A stretch of DNA of 64,000 nt from Felis catus. Its lineage: Eukaryota. The notes under the pieces are model-generated. The model saw only the letters and a list, made by a program, of their open reading frames with translations, searched no databases and had not been told where the DNA came from. Below, piece by piece: positions 39,740 to 51,112 of this stretch (the first letter of the stretch is position 1; each line of letters begins with the position of its first letter). A program made the translations under genes and the position numbers. Location of the stretch: the NCBI RefSeq assembly GCF_018350175.1, contig NC_058368.1, forward strand, positions 36,582,001-36,646,000. The letters run 5' to 3'.

Positions 39740-39964
39740 TCTTTTTTTAAATTTTTTTTTTAAACGTTTATTTATTTTTGGGACAGAGAGAGACACAGCA
39801 TGAACGGGGGAGGGGCAGAGAGAGAGGGAGACACAGAATCGGAAACAGGCTCCAGGCTCTGAGCCATCAGCCCAGAGCCTGACGCGGGGCTCCAACTCCC
39901 GGACCGCGAGATCGTGACCTGGCTGAAGTCGGACGCTTAACCGACTGCGCCACCCAGGCGCCCC
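39740..39964 (-). mobile_element. Young SINEC_Fc-type SINE (CpGs intact), antisense
   Basis: Reverse complement reads GGGGCGCCTGGGTGGCGCAGTCGGTTAAGCGTCCGACTTCAGCCAGG...; flanked by a T-rich attttt(t)ttgag duplication. Confidence 0.96.
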
Positions 39965-42419
39965 AATTTTTTTGAGTTTTAAATCTATTACAGAGTAGCA
40001 AAACCTAAAAGAGGAAGAAAAGTTAGGAGCAAGAACTAGGTATAAATGTCATTCAAGGATGACTCCAAGTAAACTCACCTATTAAGTTTAGCTGTGTATT
40101 ATATAAAATGGAAAGAGGTATTCCTTGAGTGCTAAAAATGACTAGCTATGGAATATATGAAGTAGTTTCTGTGGGTGACCAGGTTTGCCCTCAAGTACTC
40201 TGCAAGAGGAATATTTAAAAGTTAAAAAGGCAAGATTGTGCCTTTGACGATCACTGAAAACCAAGCTGTCAGAATCGTTTTTATTTTTTGCTTCTATCTT
40301 GCATAAAAAGATGGTGAAGACATCAAATAACGTGAAAGAAATCTCATGGTCGGTCATCTTTATAAAACCATTTAATTGGCTCTGGCTAGTATAGTCTGTG
40401 AATCTTTTAAACACAGAAGAGACAGCTTTTCAAATAGCAATGCCATATTATATAGATCCAGCTCCCTCACTCAACAAATGTAGCTTCCTACCTTTAGCAG
40501 TGTTTTCTATTGATAAATTATAGATTTTTAGATGTCCTCTCAGCCAGTTCCGCAGTGGGGTGTGGAGAAAAAGAAGCATTCCATTCTAATTCTTGAAATA
40601 ATTACTTCATCTACTACAGTAACAAATATATGTTCATTCTTCTCAGTTAATATGCAAAGCTTCAAATGTTGCCCTATGTCATAAAATTAAGTAGCCTTTT
40701 TTCGAATTTAGCCATAATATTTGACCATCATCATTCAAAACAGCGACCAGAGTAATTAAAAATAATTCTTTCCTTTCCTGAACACTTTGTAATTTTTCTT
40801 ACTGCATTTAATTGATATTCTAAATTATAGACCTAGTATCTGACACTTCTAACCATTTTGAGATCGATTGTCAATGAAAGGGACACAGGAAAGGAGAGCT
40901 AACCTGAAAGTTTGTCTCTAGGAGGCAGTTACTGAGTTAGGCCGATACATTGTCACATTTCTCCATTCTCTTATTTAGGTGATGATGGCCCCTTAAGGAT
41001 GATCATTAATTTGTGGCTGTTGGTTTATTTCTTTTTACATGCAGGCTGAGATGTAAACATTTAAGCAGTTCAGTTGCACTTGAATCAAAACCCAGGTTTG
41101 CCTTAGAAGTGTTAGGGCAAAGTCACAAAGTTTTCCTGGGCTTCAGTGTCCTTTGTATAAAATGGAAATAATTGTTCTTTAAGAATACCGTGGAGGATGC
41201 CTAAGAATAAGAGTTATGTCCGTGCCATATATTAAATAATCATTTCTAAATGATAGGATTTGATCAAATTATCTTAGCATATTTCTGCTTCTCTCAGGTA
41301 AAATTGTAATAGTTGGATCCGTAAAATTCGAAGAATAGAACTCAGTCTCTCATATAACTTCTTATGTTATTAATAGGGTCAAAAGAAAGCAATCTTTTGG
41401 GGAAGATGAGTCAGAGATAAAGTGAGGAGGAGGAAGATGTGGGATACATTTCCAAAATCATGCAAATTATTATGTTCTGATAATTCAGTTGGAATTTAAA
41501 CTCTACTTTTGAAATAGATGCTGTTCCTTTCATAAACAAAACTGAGAGCCAATTTTTTTCTGTCTTTAAGAGGGAGCATACTTCATAGCTGCATTCATTT
41601 AAAAATACTAAAATTACAGGGTGGCAGCACTCAGTAAGAAACCAGTGTGGCTTTGGCTACATTTCTGTTGCTTCTAAGTTCTTTTCAAATATTACAATTA
41701 ACTGTATTCTTTCTGCTGTTTAATCTGCTTATCCTAATTTTTCCATGCTATTCCTTGAGCTGATAGATGTATCCCCTCAATAAGAAAGAAAATGAGAAGA
41801 AAGTAGTTTGTGTCTTACTGTGGTGATTGCTATGTCTTGCATGAAGCTTTCTTTATATGTAAACTGTATTTCCCTCCTCATTCCAATCCATTATTTTTTC
41901 CTGTCTCTAGATGTAAGGTTCTTAACGATGTTGGAGATCTCATCAGATGAGGACAGACAGCTGGTGAATGTTCTCTGGCTCTTCACCCCTCTTCCATATC
42001 TTACCAAAATCCTCTCCCATGACAAATACCTACAAATATTTAGAAGCCCAAATATTCAGGAAAATTTTTATTATAATGCTTGTTTTTCTGTGTTTTCACG
42101 CCCTTGTGTCAAGTCATTTGGTGAGATAATCATGCTAATTATTATGTGGAAATAGTTTCCTTTTCTGAAATTAAATTTGATTCTGATCTTACCACTGTCA
42201 AGTTCATTCTTCTGTTATCAAGGACCAAAAGATTGTTAACAATGTCCCTGCTTTTTTTTTTTTTTTCCTTTCCCCTTGCCTCCCTCTGTTATAAAAGTTG
42301 ACAGATGTGAATCCCAAGGCAGCTTAAGAGGGCATATCAAAATCGGCACCATAGAGTTACTAACTTAGGAAACTTGGAGCTATTTTGAACATGTTTAAAT
42401 CACTATTCTTTGCAAATAG

Positions 42420-42536
42420 GAGGAAGAAGGCACCTATGACCAAACGCTTGAGTTCCGCAGAGGAGGTGATGGTCAGCCAAGAAGATCCACTAGGCCCACA
42501 CAGCAGTTTTACCAACCTCCCCGGGCGCGGAACTAA
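42420..42536 (+). CDS. TDRD3: TDRD3 last coding segment [38 protein letters not shown], including the exon-junction-complex-binding motif
   Basis: Acceptor ttctttgcaaatAG (42418-42419), TAA at 42534-42536. Translated by hand because it is too short for the ORF track; matches the recognised TDRD3 C-terminus. The exon continues 9 nt to the donor AAG|GTAAAC at 42546. Confidence 0.95.
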   Translation, partial: EEEGTYDQTLEFRRGGDGQPRRSTRPTQQFYQPPRARN

Positions 42537-43454
42537 TATGAGAAGGTAAACTTGACATTGTGAGGTGGTTTCCATATAACGAAAGATGCTATTTATGCTA
42601 AACGTGTAAGTACAATTATTGATGTTTTATAACATCATAGAAAAAAACTGATATTTCAGACCTTTCAATTATGAAGTATGTAAGATTATACCATAGTCAC
42701 AAGCTACTTTTGCACCAAATCTTTCCTCACACGTATAACCCCTAACCCCCTCTTTTCTCTATACTTACTCCCTTCTGTCAGAGGTGATGCCAATCAGTAA
42801 AATGTCAGTAGGTTTGAAAGCAGGAAGAAAATAAAAGGAAACAAAGGACCAGATAACCACCAACTTGGATAATTGAGGTTTTTTATTATTTAACAAATTT
42901 CAGTCCTTGTTAAAAAAGAGGAAATGTTTCATTGTATATCTTCAGAAATTGGATGAAGGTAACATGATTGCTTACTGAGACGTGATGTGGCGGCTGTGTG
43001 CTATTGATCCAGAAACTTTCATCTTAGAGTTTCAGAGAGTTGCTACCTGAAAATCATCTTCAATAGGAAGGATGAGAAATATAACAGAAAAGTCAGGAAA
43101 TTATGGGAGCAATCTAAGGCATCTCATTTTGATCAATAAAGACCTTAGTTTTTAATGTGTTATTAGAAGGTAATACTTTTGCCATCTTTGGTAACATCTC
43201 TGTTTCTTCATTATGCCAGGATTTTTGAATATATTCAGAGTTTTCCCATTACAGCTTTTGTTATATATCACTGTAAAGACTATGAGACTATTTTAGACTT
43301 AACTCTATCTTTTTCTCAGTCTCTTCTTCTCAGTAACAAGACCATTGAGAATTTAAAGCAATGGTTCTCCATTTCTCATTTCAGCTATTCATTTTGTTAA
43401 GGTTGTTATCCACATTGTATTTCCCCCCTCCTAAGTGACTCTCAATTTTTCAAA

Positions 43455-43733
43455 CCAGCTGTGACTTTTTAGCACTTGAAATTGCAGCTAGTCTGAATTG
43501 AGATGTGCTGTAAATGAAAAATGCACGCCAAATTTTAAAGACTTAGTTTAAAAAAGTAAAAGATTAGTAATTTGCGGTATTTATGTATTGAAATGAGAGT
43601 ATTTTTGATAGATTGGATTAAATCAAATATGTCATTAACGTTACTTCGCCCTATTTGTGCTTTTTTTAATGAGACTAGAGGGAAATTTGAAATTACGTGT
43701 GTGTCTCACATCGCGCCTGTGCTGGGCAGCACT
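43455..43733. mobile_element. MER33/MER3-like DNA transposon relic
   Basis: agcacttgaaattgcagctagtctgaattgagatgtgctgtaa...gaaatttgaaattacgtgtg...gggcagcactg. Confidence 0.7.
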
Positions 43734-44248
43734 GTCCCGGAGTCTTAGATCCCCTTCAGCTCTTCCAGAGCTCCTTCTCTGGTTACAAATTAGTTCTGTC
43801 ATCCTAAGTGAAGGAACATTTTCTTCTGTTTTCTGGTCCTTAGCCCCTTGTGTAGTAGTCTGCCTGGAGTGGAAGTCTGGTGCTACCTGACTTCTGATTT
43901 ACCTGAGCAGGCCAGAGTACCATCTTTTTCTCTTATCACGGGCTTTTCTTTGTGCCTAATACAAGGCCATCGAGTAAACAGACGTGACCTACCATCCATA
44001 GTTATCACAGAGGGACTGATTCTCGACTCTGGGCATTTTTCTATAGCGAGAACTGACCAAAGCAGAGTCAGAGTATAGATAATGGCTTCCACAGCTTCAC
44101 ACCGTACAAGATTGAACATCCACTTTTGACATAAGTTCAGTTGGTTACAATGAAATCACATGTAAGGTGAATGAAAACTGAGAATTCCCTCATAGCTTTC
44201 TGAGGGCTTCGCATTGTTTAAACCAAGGTTTTAAAATAAGGCTGAAGT

Positions 44249-44474
44249 GGGACGCCCAGGCGGCTCAGTCAATTAAGCCCCTGACTTGGGCCCAGGCCAT
44301 GATCCCACAGTTTGTGGGTTCACATCCCGCATTGGGCTCTGTGCAGACAGCTCAGAGCCTGGAGCCTGCTTCGGGTTCTGTGTCTCCCTCTCTCTGCCCC
44401 TCCCCCACTTGCAGTCTGTGTGTCTCTCTCTCTCAAAAATGAAGAAAACGTTCAGAATATTTTTTTTAGTAAAT
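44249..44474 (+). mobile_element. CAN-SINE with imperfect TSD
   Basis: aaaataaggctgaag (44233-44247) and aaaataaagccgaag (44475-44489). Confidence 0.92.
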
Positions 44475-45448
44475 AAAATAAAGCCGAAGGTTCTCAACTT
44501 CCTGATTGCCCTAGGGTAGTGGTTCCCTAGCAGCGGATGCAGGACTGGGACTCCTCAAGGGTGTCCTGAGGCTGCAGAATAGAAGGGGGGTAGGGCCTGG
44601 CAGGGCTACAAGTGGAAAGGAGGAAAGGAGATGGTGAGAGTGAGTAAGGCTGCAGCCAGAAGCCTGGAACAACATCCTCTTGGCCCTTCTTTAGTTTCTT
44701 TCATATGTTTTCTAGGCTAGGCTTCCATGGAAAATTACCTCTGAAAAAGAACATACTGCTTAAATCAGGAACCATAGCCCCACAGTAATTGTGGCTCATT
44801 GATACCAAACAGTACAATGCAGACTGTTCCCAATCAGCTGAAACATCACAGTGTTAGTGGTTTTCTGCTCCCTGGCTTAAAATGCCCATTTTTCCCAGAT
44901 GCTTGCTTTGGATTGTACTGTTGATGTGGGAAATGTGTGACACAGAGATTCTGGATTCCTGACATCAGTGAGAATAACTTTGCTGGTGGGGGGCAGTTTC
45001 ATGATAGCATCACTAAAACAACCTCTCACTACAAAATTTACTCCGAAAAATAAATAGTCAAGACACGTGATCTTGGTTGAAACAATTATAATTTTTTTAT
45101 TTTAGTTCAAACATGGAAAGATTATGAAGTAGAATTATCTTTTTGATATACTGTCTGTGAATGGGAGGTTCAACAATAGTAAGAATTATACTTTTTGTTC
45201 TTGTCACGCAACCCAATATATCATTTTCTTCTTGAGAGAAAAGGTATTTTTATTTCCTCATTCCTGGTTTCCATTAACCTAAGCATTTAAAAAGAAGATA
45301 TACATTGTAGCTGGCCATTTGACTTCCAGCAGATATAAGTATGAATTCTAATATGTGCTGAAATTTTTCTCAGATTTTGTTATCTAAAATTATTCAAGAT
45401 AGTAAGAAATACTTCAGGCACTTTCTACTCTCACTTTTAAAAAATCTA

Positions 45449-45669
45449 GGGGCGCCTGGGTGGCACAGTCGGTTAAGCGTCCGACTTCAGCCAGGTCACG
45501 ATCTCGCAGTCCGTGAGTTCGAGCCCCGCGTCGGGCTCTGGGCTGATGGCTCAGAGCCTGGAGCCTGTTTCCGATTCTGTGTCTCCCTCTCTCTCTGCCC
45601 CTCCCCCGTTCATGCTCTGTCTCTCTCTGTCCCAAAAAATAAATAAACGTTGAAAAAAAAAAATTAAAA
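45449..45669 (+). mobile_element. Young SINEC_Fc-type SINE (CpGs intact) with TSD AAAAAATCTA
   Basis: GGGGCGCCTGGGTGGCACAGTCGGTTAAGCGTCCGACTTCAGCCAGG...; TSD at 45439-45448 and 45670-45679. Confidence 0.96.
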
Positions 45670-47809
45670 AAAAAATCTATAATTTCATAGTCATACTTTT
45701 TTTTTAATGTTTCAGGTACTTTGTTAGGTGATGAATGACACATAGTAGCTGTTCAGTAAGTGTTTATTAAATAAGTATATTTTGATAAAGTTTTTGGTAA
45801 GATTTTATAAATTACATAATTCACACATTCTTTGGTTGTCCTGGAGAGTTTTTCCTATAAGCCCTCTCTCCCACCACCACCACCTCGTCACGTGCACATA
45901 CACTTCCCCTCAAGGTGCAGAGGGAGTTGGATTCAACTTGGTCTTGGTCCCAAACACACCGTCAGTGACTCGCAAAAGCAGGAGCTCCCTGGGGGTCTGG
46001 GCAAGGTGGGAGAAGGAGGTCTCGGGGAGCAACGTGGGCAGATAGGCCCAAGTCTGAGACAACATGGTGGAGAGTCAGATCTGGGCCTTGAGGGGGGACA
46101 GGGCCCAAACACCAAACTTCTCGTTCCTGGACTTGTTATAATTGTCACAGACAACTCAGAAATATGAGTAGCTATGGATGGAGAAATTATACCCAATTCT
46201 TTAATCAGTGAAACCGACCATAACTGTGTGCATTTGAAGAGGTTTCTGATGTGACTGGAGTCCTGGGAACTAGGTACCAATTAGCGGGGGCAGGCAAATG
46301 CTCAGAAATAGTTTGAAGCTTCATTTTCTTGGTCGGGGAGAGCCCCCTGAAGACACTCTGAAGGCCGAGGAGGACTGAAGGGGGAGAGGCAGAGTTCACA
46401 GGAAGTGGCTCCAGTGGCAAGAGTAGAACATGTGAACCCAAACAGTGCATGTTAAATGTATGGATTGGTGGTGACTCAAGAATGTAGCTTTAGACGCATT
46501 AAGAGTTTGATGTGCTTGGTGATAATGAACTTCAGAATAAGAGTAATGTGATGAAAATTAAGCTTAGGAAATATTGCTGTTGGATATGGGGTGGGTTACA
46601 GCCCTGTAATCCATGGGAAAGACTGTAAGAAGCTATCACAGCATTCCAGTGGAAGAGTGCACATCCCCTTGTGAAAAGAGAGGAGTGGCAGACCTGGGTG
46701 GGACGACTTTGTAAGACACATCAGCATGAAGTCCCCCTACCCACCACCGGGCCACCAAGGCTAATGCTCGGCGCAGGAAGCCGTTTAATAAACGTTGACT
46801 CACGTTGAGTATTCACTTCCAGTTTCTTATTTGTGTGAAGAAAGAATGGTCTTCAGGCTTTCACATATCAGCCAGAAGCCACAAACCCAAGAGCCATGCA
46901 TAGACCTATTACCTAAATGCTGTGACTTAGTTTTTTCCGAAATCCAGGTTTAGCTTTCAGCTGGTAAAAGATACATTTTTAAATGTCAATTTTTTTTTTT
47001 TTTTTATCTGATCCAGCATCCTTTTGCAACACTTTGCAAATCAAGGTCAGGGAAATTATTGCTCTAAAGATAGCCGCTGCAGAGCCCTCTGGTGCCAGCA
47101 GGCTAGACGTCATGTGAGGATAGCAATACCCGAAGCTCTTCATTTCTGAGCAGGACACTGTTACTTCGGAAGACTTGTGATCTGTTTGTATGCAGCAAGG
47201 GCACTCTGCCGCCCCTGCCCGAGTGTTCTTTAGTGCATGAGGCTGAAATACGACCAGGGCAAACAGCTTCTCTCTCCACTTCTCTCAGCTCTGTCTGTCA
47301 TCACCACCCAAAGAGGCTCACCTAGAGCGGTGCCTGGTAAAGACTGGGAGCAGGCGGGAGCGGGCGACAGACCCCCATCAATTACCTGTGTGGACTGAAC
47401 CAATCCAGAGGTGTTCAAAGGGGAAATGGAGGGAGGTGGGATCCGGGTAGAAGTGGTTCACTGGGAGGGTGCATATCTTTTTTAGGCCATCCTCTGTTAA
47501 ATACTATTCAGTTAATCCAAATTCCTAAAATCAGCATGCCAGCAATAATAGGGCTCACGATGACAGACACGTGCTCTAAGAATTTCTAGAAGAAAAATTA
47601 TTTTGGAAGATTTCTATTTTTGTTTATATATTGATATATAGAAGTTATGTTTATAAATTAGATAGCAGTACCCAATGTATTCTACTTGAGATCTGTTAAT
47701 GTTTACACAAGCACTCCACATTTAGGTATGTTTCAGCAGAAGTGTATCTTGAGTACGGAAAAGTCAACTTGAGGATCCAATCTCACCTTCCCCCTCTCTT
47801 TTTAAATAG

Positions 47810-48075
47810 AGTCTTTGTGAAGAAAGGAGCCACTGACTGAAACATCCTGGTCAAAACCTGTTGATAGACCGCCTACTTTCCCTTCAGAATAAATAAGGTG
47901 CAGCCATGATGGATATTATTATTGGAGAATGGAACAACAGATTTTAGAGGGAAAAAACCCCAGCCCTCATGGAGAATGGGAAAAATACTAAGTTAACTAA
48001 AGCAAGTACCTTTTACAAGTGAAAGAGAATCTTTTCTTCTGCCATCAATAAAACCAGTGCGCTGTTATATACATT
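47810..48075 (+). other. TDRD3: TDRD3 non-coding terminal exon (3' UTR)
   Basis: Pyrimidine tract ccttccccctctctttttaaatAG (47808-47809) and AATAAA at 48047-48052 followed by a U/GU-rich stretch. It resembles the human TDRD3 3' UTR as I remember it. The 3' end is approximate. Confidence 0.8.
48047..48052 (+). terminator. TDRD3: Polyadenylation signal AATAAA of TDRD3
   Basis: Canonical hexamer with downstream ttgttttactgtatgttttatttg element. Confidence 0.75.
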
Positions 48076-48399
48076 GTTTTACTGTATGTTTTATTTGCTG
48101 AATATTATCTTTCTTGTTCATCTGGTATTCACCCCATATTATAGCATCACAGCATACTGAAGATCCTCCCCATAATTACAGAATAACCTGACTGACACAG
48201 CTTGCCACATGTCATACAAAAACAACGTGTAGCCAATTAGCAGTTCTTGGTAAGGCAATAGCTGCTAAATTGTGATAGCCAAAAGTATTTAAAACTTGAA
48301 TATGTTGTGTTTAACACTCTGCTAACTTTTTCAAATGTAATTCAATCAAAAGCCAGGCATTCCCTTCCTTTTAAAATTTGCAGCAGATCTTTCAAGATG

Positions 48400-48910
48400 T
48401 GTCTGGTTGTAGACAATGGAAAACCCAACTCAAACCAGCTTAAGACACTAAATGGAATCCACTCGCTCACTGAAACAGTAGGTTTCAGTTGGTTTAATTC
48501 AGGGACTCAGAGTTGTCAACAAAGACCCTGATTCTTTGCATCTTTCATTTCTGCTTTCTCTGGCATCAGCTTCATCCTACAGCAGGCTGCCCCACGGGAC
48601 CATGAGGTGGCTTCAACTCCCAGAGCTGTGAAGTCCAGGGATGGGGTCGGGGTCCCTTCCAGAAGTACTCTCAAAAGAGAAAAGAAGCCTTTCTCCTGAT
48701 ACTGCATTTACCTACACTGTGCTCTTTTCTGCCTGGGAACCAGTGACTTCAGCAAGGATCTGTGGATCAGTTTAGGCCTTCGATCCAAGTGCTTTGATCC
48801 AAGTGCTTCAATATTATAAGTGGAGGTGGAAGCACACTTTGAGGCAGAAATACGTGTCTGAAAGCCAACATACTTGCCAAAAGGAGAGGGAGACCAGAAT
48901 GTCCATTACA
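48400..48910 (-). mobile_element. Degraded MaLR LTR (MLT1-like)
   Basis: ggttgtagacaatggaaaacccaactcaaaccagcttaag...ggcatcagcttcatcct, resembling antisense MLT1J/K. Confidence 0.6.
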
Positions 48911-49033
48911 GAGAACAAACATGTCTAAACTATAAATTTTGTGTAATAGGACAAAGACAATCTTCCCATAGTCTCAATCCTGTGAGGCCAGAAGAGAACA
49001 GTTAAAAAAGAAAGAATAAGAAGAAAGGAGGGG

Positions 49034-49089
49034 GGAAGGAAGGAAGGAAGGAAGGAAGGAAGGAAGGAAGGAAGGAAGGAAGGAAGGAA
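49034..49089 (+). repeat. (GGAA)14 tetranucleotide repeat
   Basis: Read directly from the sequence. Confidence 0.95.
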
Positions 49090-49849
49090 AGATGGATTTT
49101 GTTTTCAAAATCCTCTGGTCAAAGTAATTGACAAAATGTCATACTTTGCTTTGAAGGAGAGGGCTTTAGGATGTTGCTCAAGGCCTATTAATTCTACATT
49201 TTCTTTATTAATCCACAGTTTATTGTTTCTACAACATAATAAGTGAAAGGGTGCAGGTGAAAATGACATGGCTAACAGTGTTGAGTTTTCTCTTTTCTGT
49301 CTTTTGTTCGTTACCATTGCTGTGCATCGTAATCAACTAGGAATGGGATGACGTAGGCATGGTATTTTAAAAAAGATCTCCAAGGAATCTGAAGTGTCTC
49401 CTGGGTTGAGAACCAGGGGAGGAACCATGGTAGTTTTGATTAATTTGACGGCTGATAGGTCAGTAAGGGGAGAGGCAGAAGAGCTTAAACTTGAGGTAAG
49501 TGGTTGTCCACGTTTTCTCGTTTAACAGAACAATCATACCGAGTGCAGTGTTACCTAGAATAGACTCTCGATGGCTGGCACTAGAAATGGCTAGTGGTTG
49601 GTAACTCAGCAGTCCCTAAGAACAGCTGTGTATGAAAGATGTGATGTATATGATTTGACCTGAAAGTTTAAGTACAGCCAGGGAGCCAGCCTCACTGTGG
49701 CTGCTGGAACACAGAAGGGCAGGGGTCCGTTCCTGACAGAGCAAGATGTACTGGGCTAAGTATACCAAAAGACAAGCTTCTCTGTGTCTTTCTGTAAGTA
49801 GGGCAGCCGCTGGCCTGCATGTGCAAGTGGTATGTGATAATAATCGTTA

Positions 49850-50045
49850 CGATTGGCCAAGGTTTTCCTGGGTGCCAGCACTGCGTTAAACACCTTGCAC
49901 TTGTTGTCTTTTGTAACCTTCACAGCAACTCTTGACATACGCACTTCTATCGCCACTCTGCAGCTGAAGCAGCTCCTTCAGAGAGGTTAAGCCACTTGCC
50001 CAGGACACAAAGTGCAAGGGTTAGAGCCTGGATTCAAAGCGGACA
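49850..50045 (-). mobile_element. MIR fragment
   Basis: gtgccagcactgcgttaaacacc...cagagaggttaagccacttgcccaggacaca...ggattcaaa. Confidence 0.75.
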
Positions 50046-50893
50046 GTGGACAAGCACGCTGAAGGAAGATGGTTAGAAACCCGCATCAGCGGAGTGCCTT
50101 TTCTCTTCCCTCTTTTCCCCTCTTAGTGTTTGTTTTGGTTTGCATTGTGGATATATTCTGTCATGTGAATTAGCCCCTTAGGTTTGCCCCACAATTTGTC
50201 ATTGCCGTACCAGGTGATGTTCACAATTGACCGTTCCTCCTAGTTCTGTGGCGGATCCTTGTCTCCCCGACTCACCATCCCTCTCCTTTCTTCCAGCTCT
50301 CCCTCACGTTTCAAACCCTACTTGTCCTTTGACTTCCCATATCCATATTCCTGGCTCAGTTTCTCGTTTCTCCTTTCAAAGAAAAAAAATGATTTTAATT
50401 ACAGTTCAAAAATGGATGTTTCTGTGTGAGTTCAGTCACTACTTCACGAGTACTAATGGGGTCCTGGGCATTGTGCTGTCACCAAGCCCGGCTTGCTCTC
50501 CAGTCTGCTAGTGCTCGTGGTCTGGCTCCCTTAGCTGGCTTTGCTTTTGGCATATTATCCTTTTCACATTCCTTTTATTTATTATAACTTCCTCCCTTAA
50601 CAGTTTTTTGTGCACTTTTAGTTTTGCTAAACTGCTAAAAACTATCCATTTTTTTAGTTTTAATATTTTACCTTCTGTTCTCTATTATGTTTTTGATGTT
50701 TTTAATTTTAAAGTATTTTCCCCCTCTGGGCCATGGGTATTAGTTTTCTGAAGGAAGTCTTCACAGTTTGGGGAAAGCACCCGAGGCTGCCTCCAAACCT
50801 TCTGCCACCTTCCCCGGGTGGCTGACACCATGTGGGATGGTTAGTACTGCCAACCACGTCTTTCCTACCCTTTCACTTATTAAGATACTGGAG

Positions 50894-51057
50894 GGGGCGC
50901 CTGGGTGGCTCAGTCGGTTAAGCGTCCGACTTCGACTCGAGTCATGATCTCATAGTTCGTGGGATCAAGCCCACGTCAGGCTCTGTGCAGACAGCATAGA
51001 GCCTGCTTGGGATTCTCTCTATCCCTGTCTCTCTGCCCCTTCTCTGCTTGTGCCATC

Positions 51058-51089
<32 letters not shown>

Positions 51090-51112
51090 AAAAATAAATA
51101 AACTTTAAAAAA
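50894..51112 (+). mobile_element. CAN-SINE
   Basis: GGGGCGCCTGGGTGGCTCAGTCGGTTAAGCG head, (CT)n region and A-rich tail. Confidence 0.94.

Noticed and set aside
42360..42575. 71-aa minus-strand ORF
   Set aside because: Antisense to the TDRD3 stop exon, with no promoter or splice evidence.
45782..46450. Cluster of 80-115-aa ORFs in GC-richer sequence
   Set aside because: No recognisable domain, overlapping frames on both strands, and the region looks like degraded interspersed repeat within the last intron.
23825..48808. Short tandem duplications (aaatcctattacc x2 near 23825; ctagtgggca x2 near 36884; gatccaagtgctt x2 near 48782)
   Set aside because: Ordinary slippage-type microduplications with only two copies and no spacer array, so not CRISPR-like.
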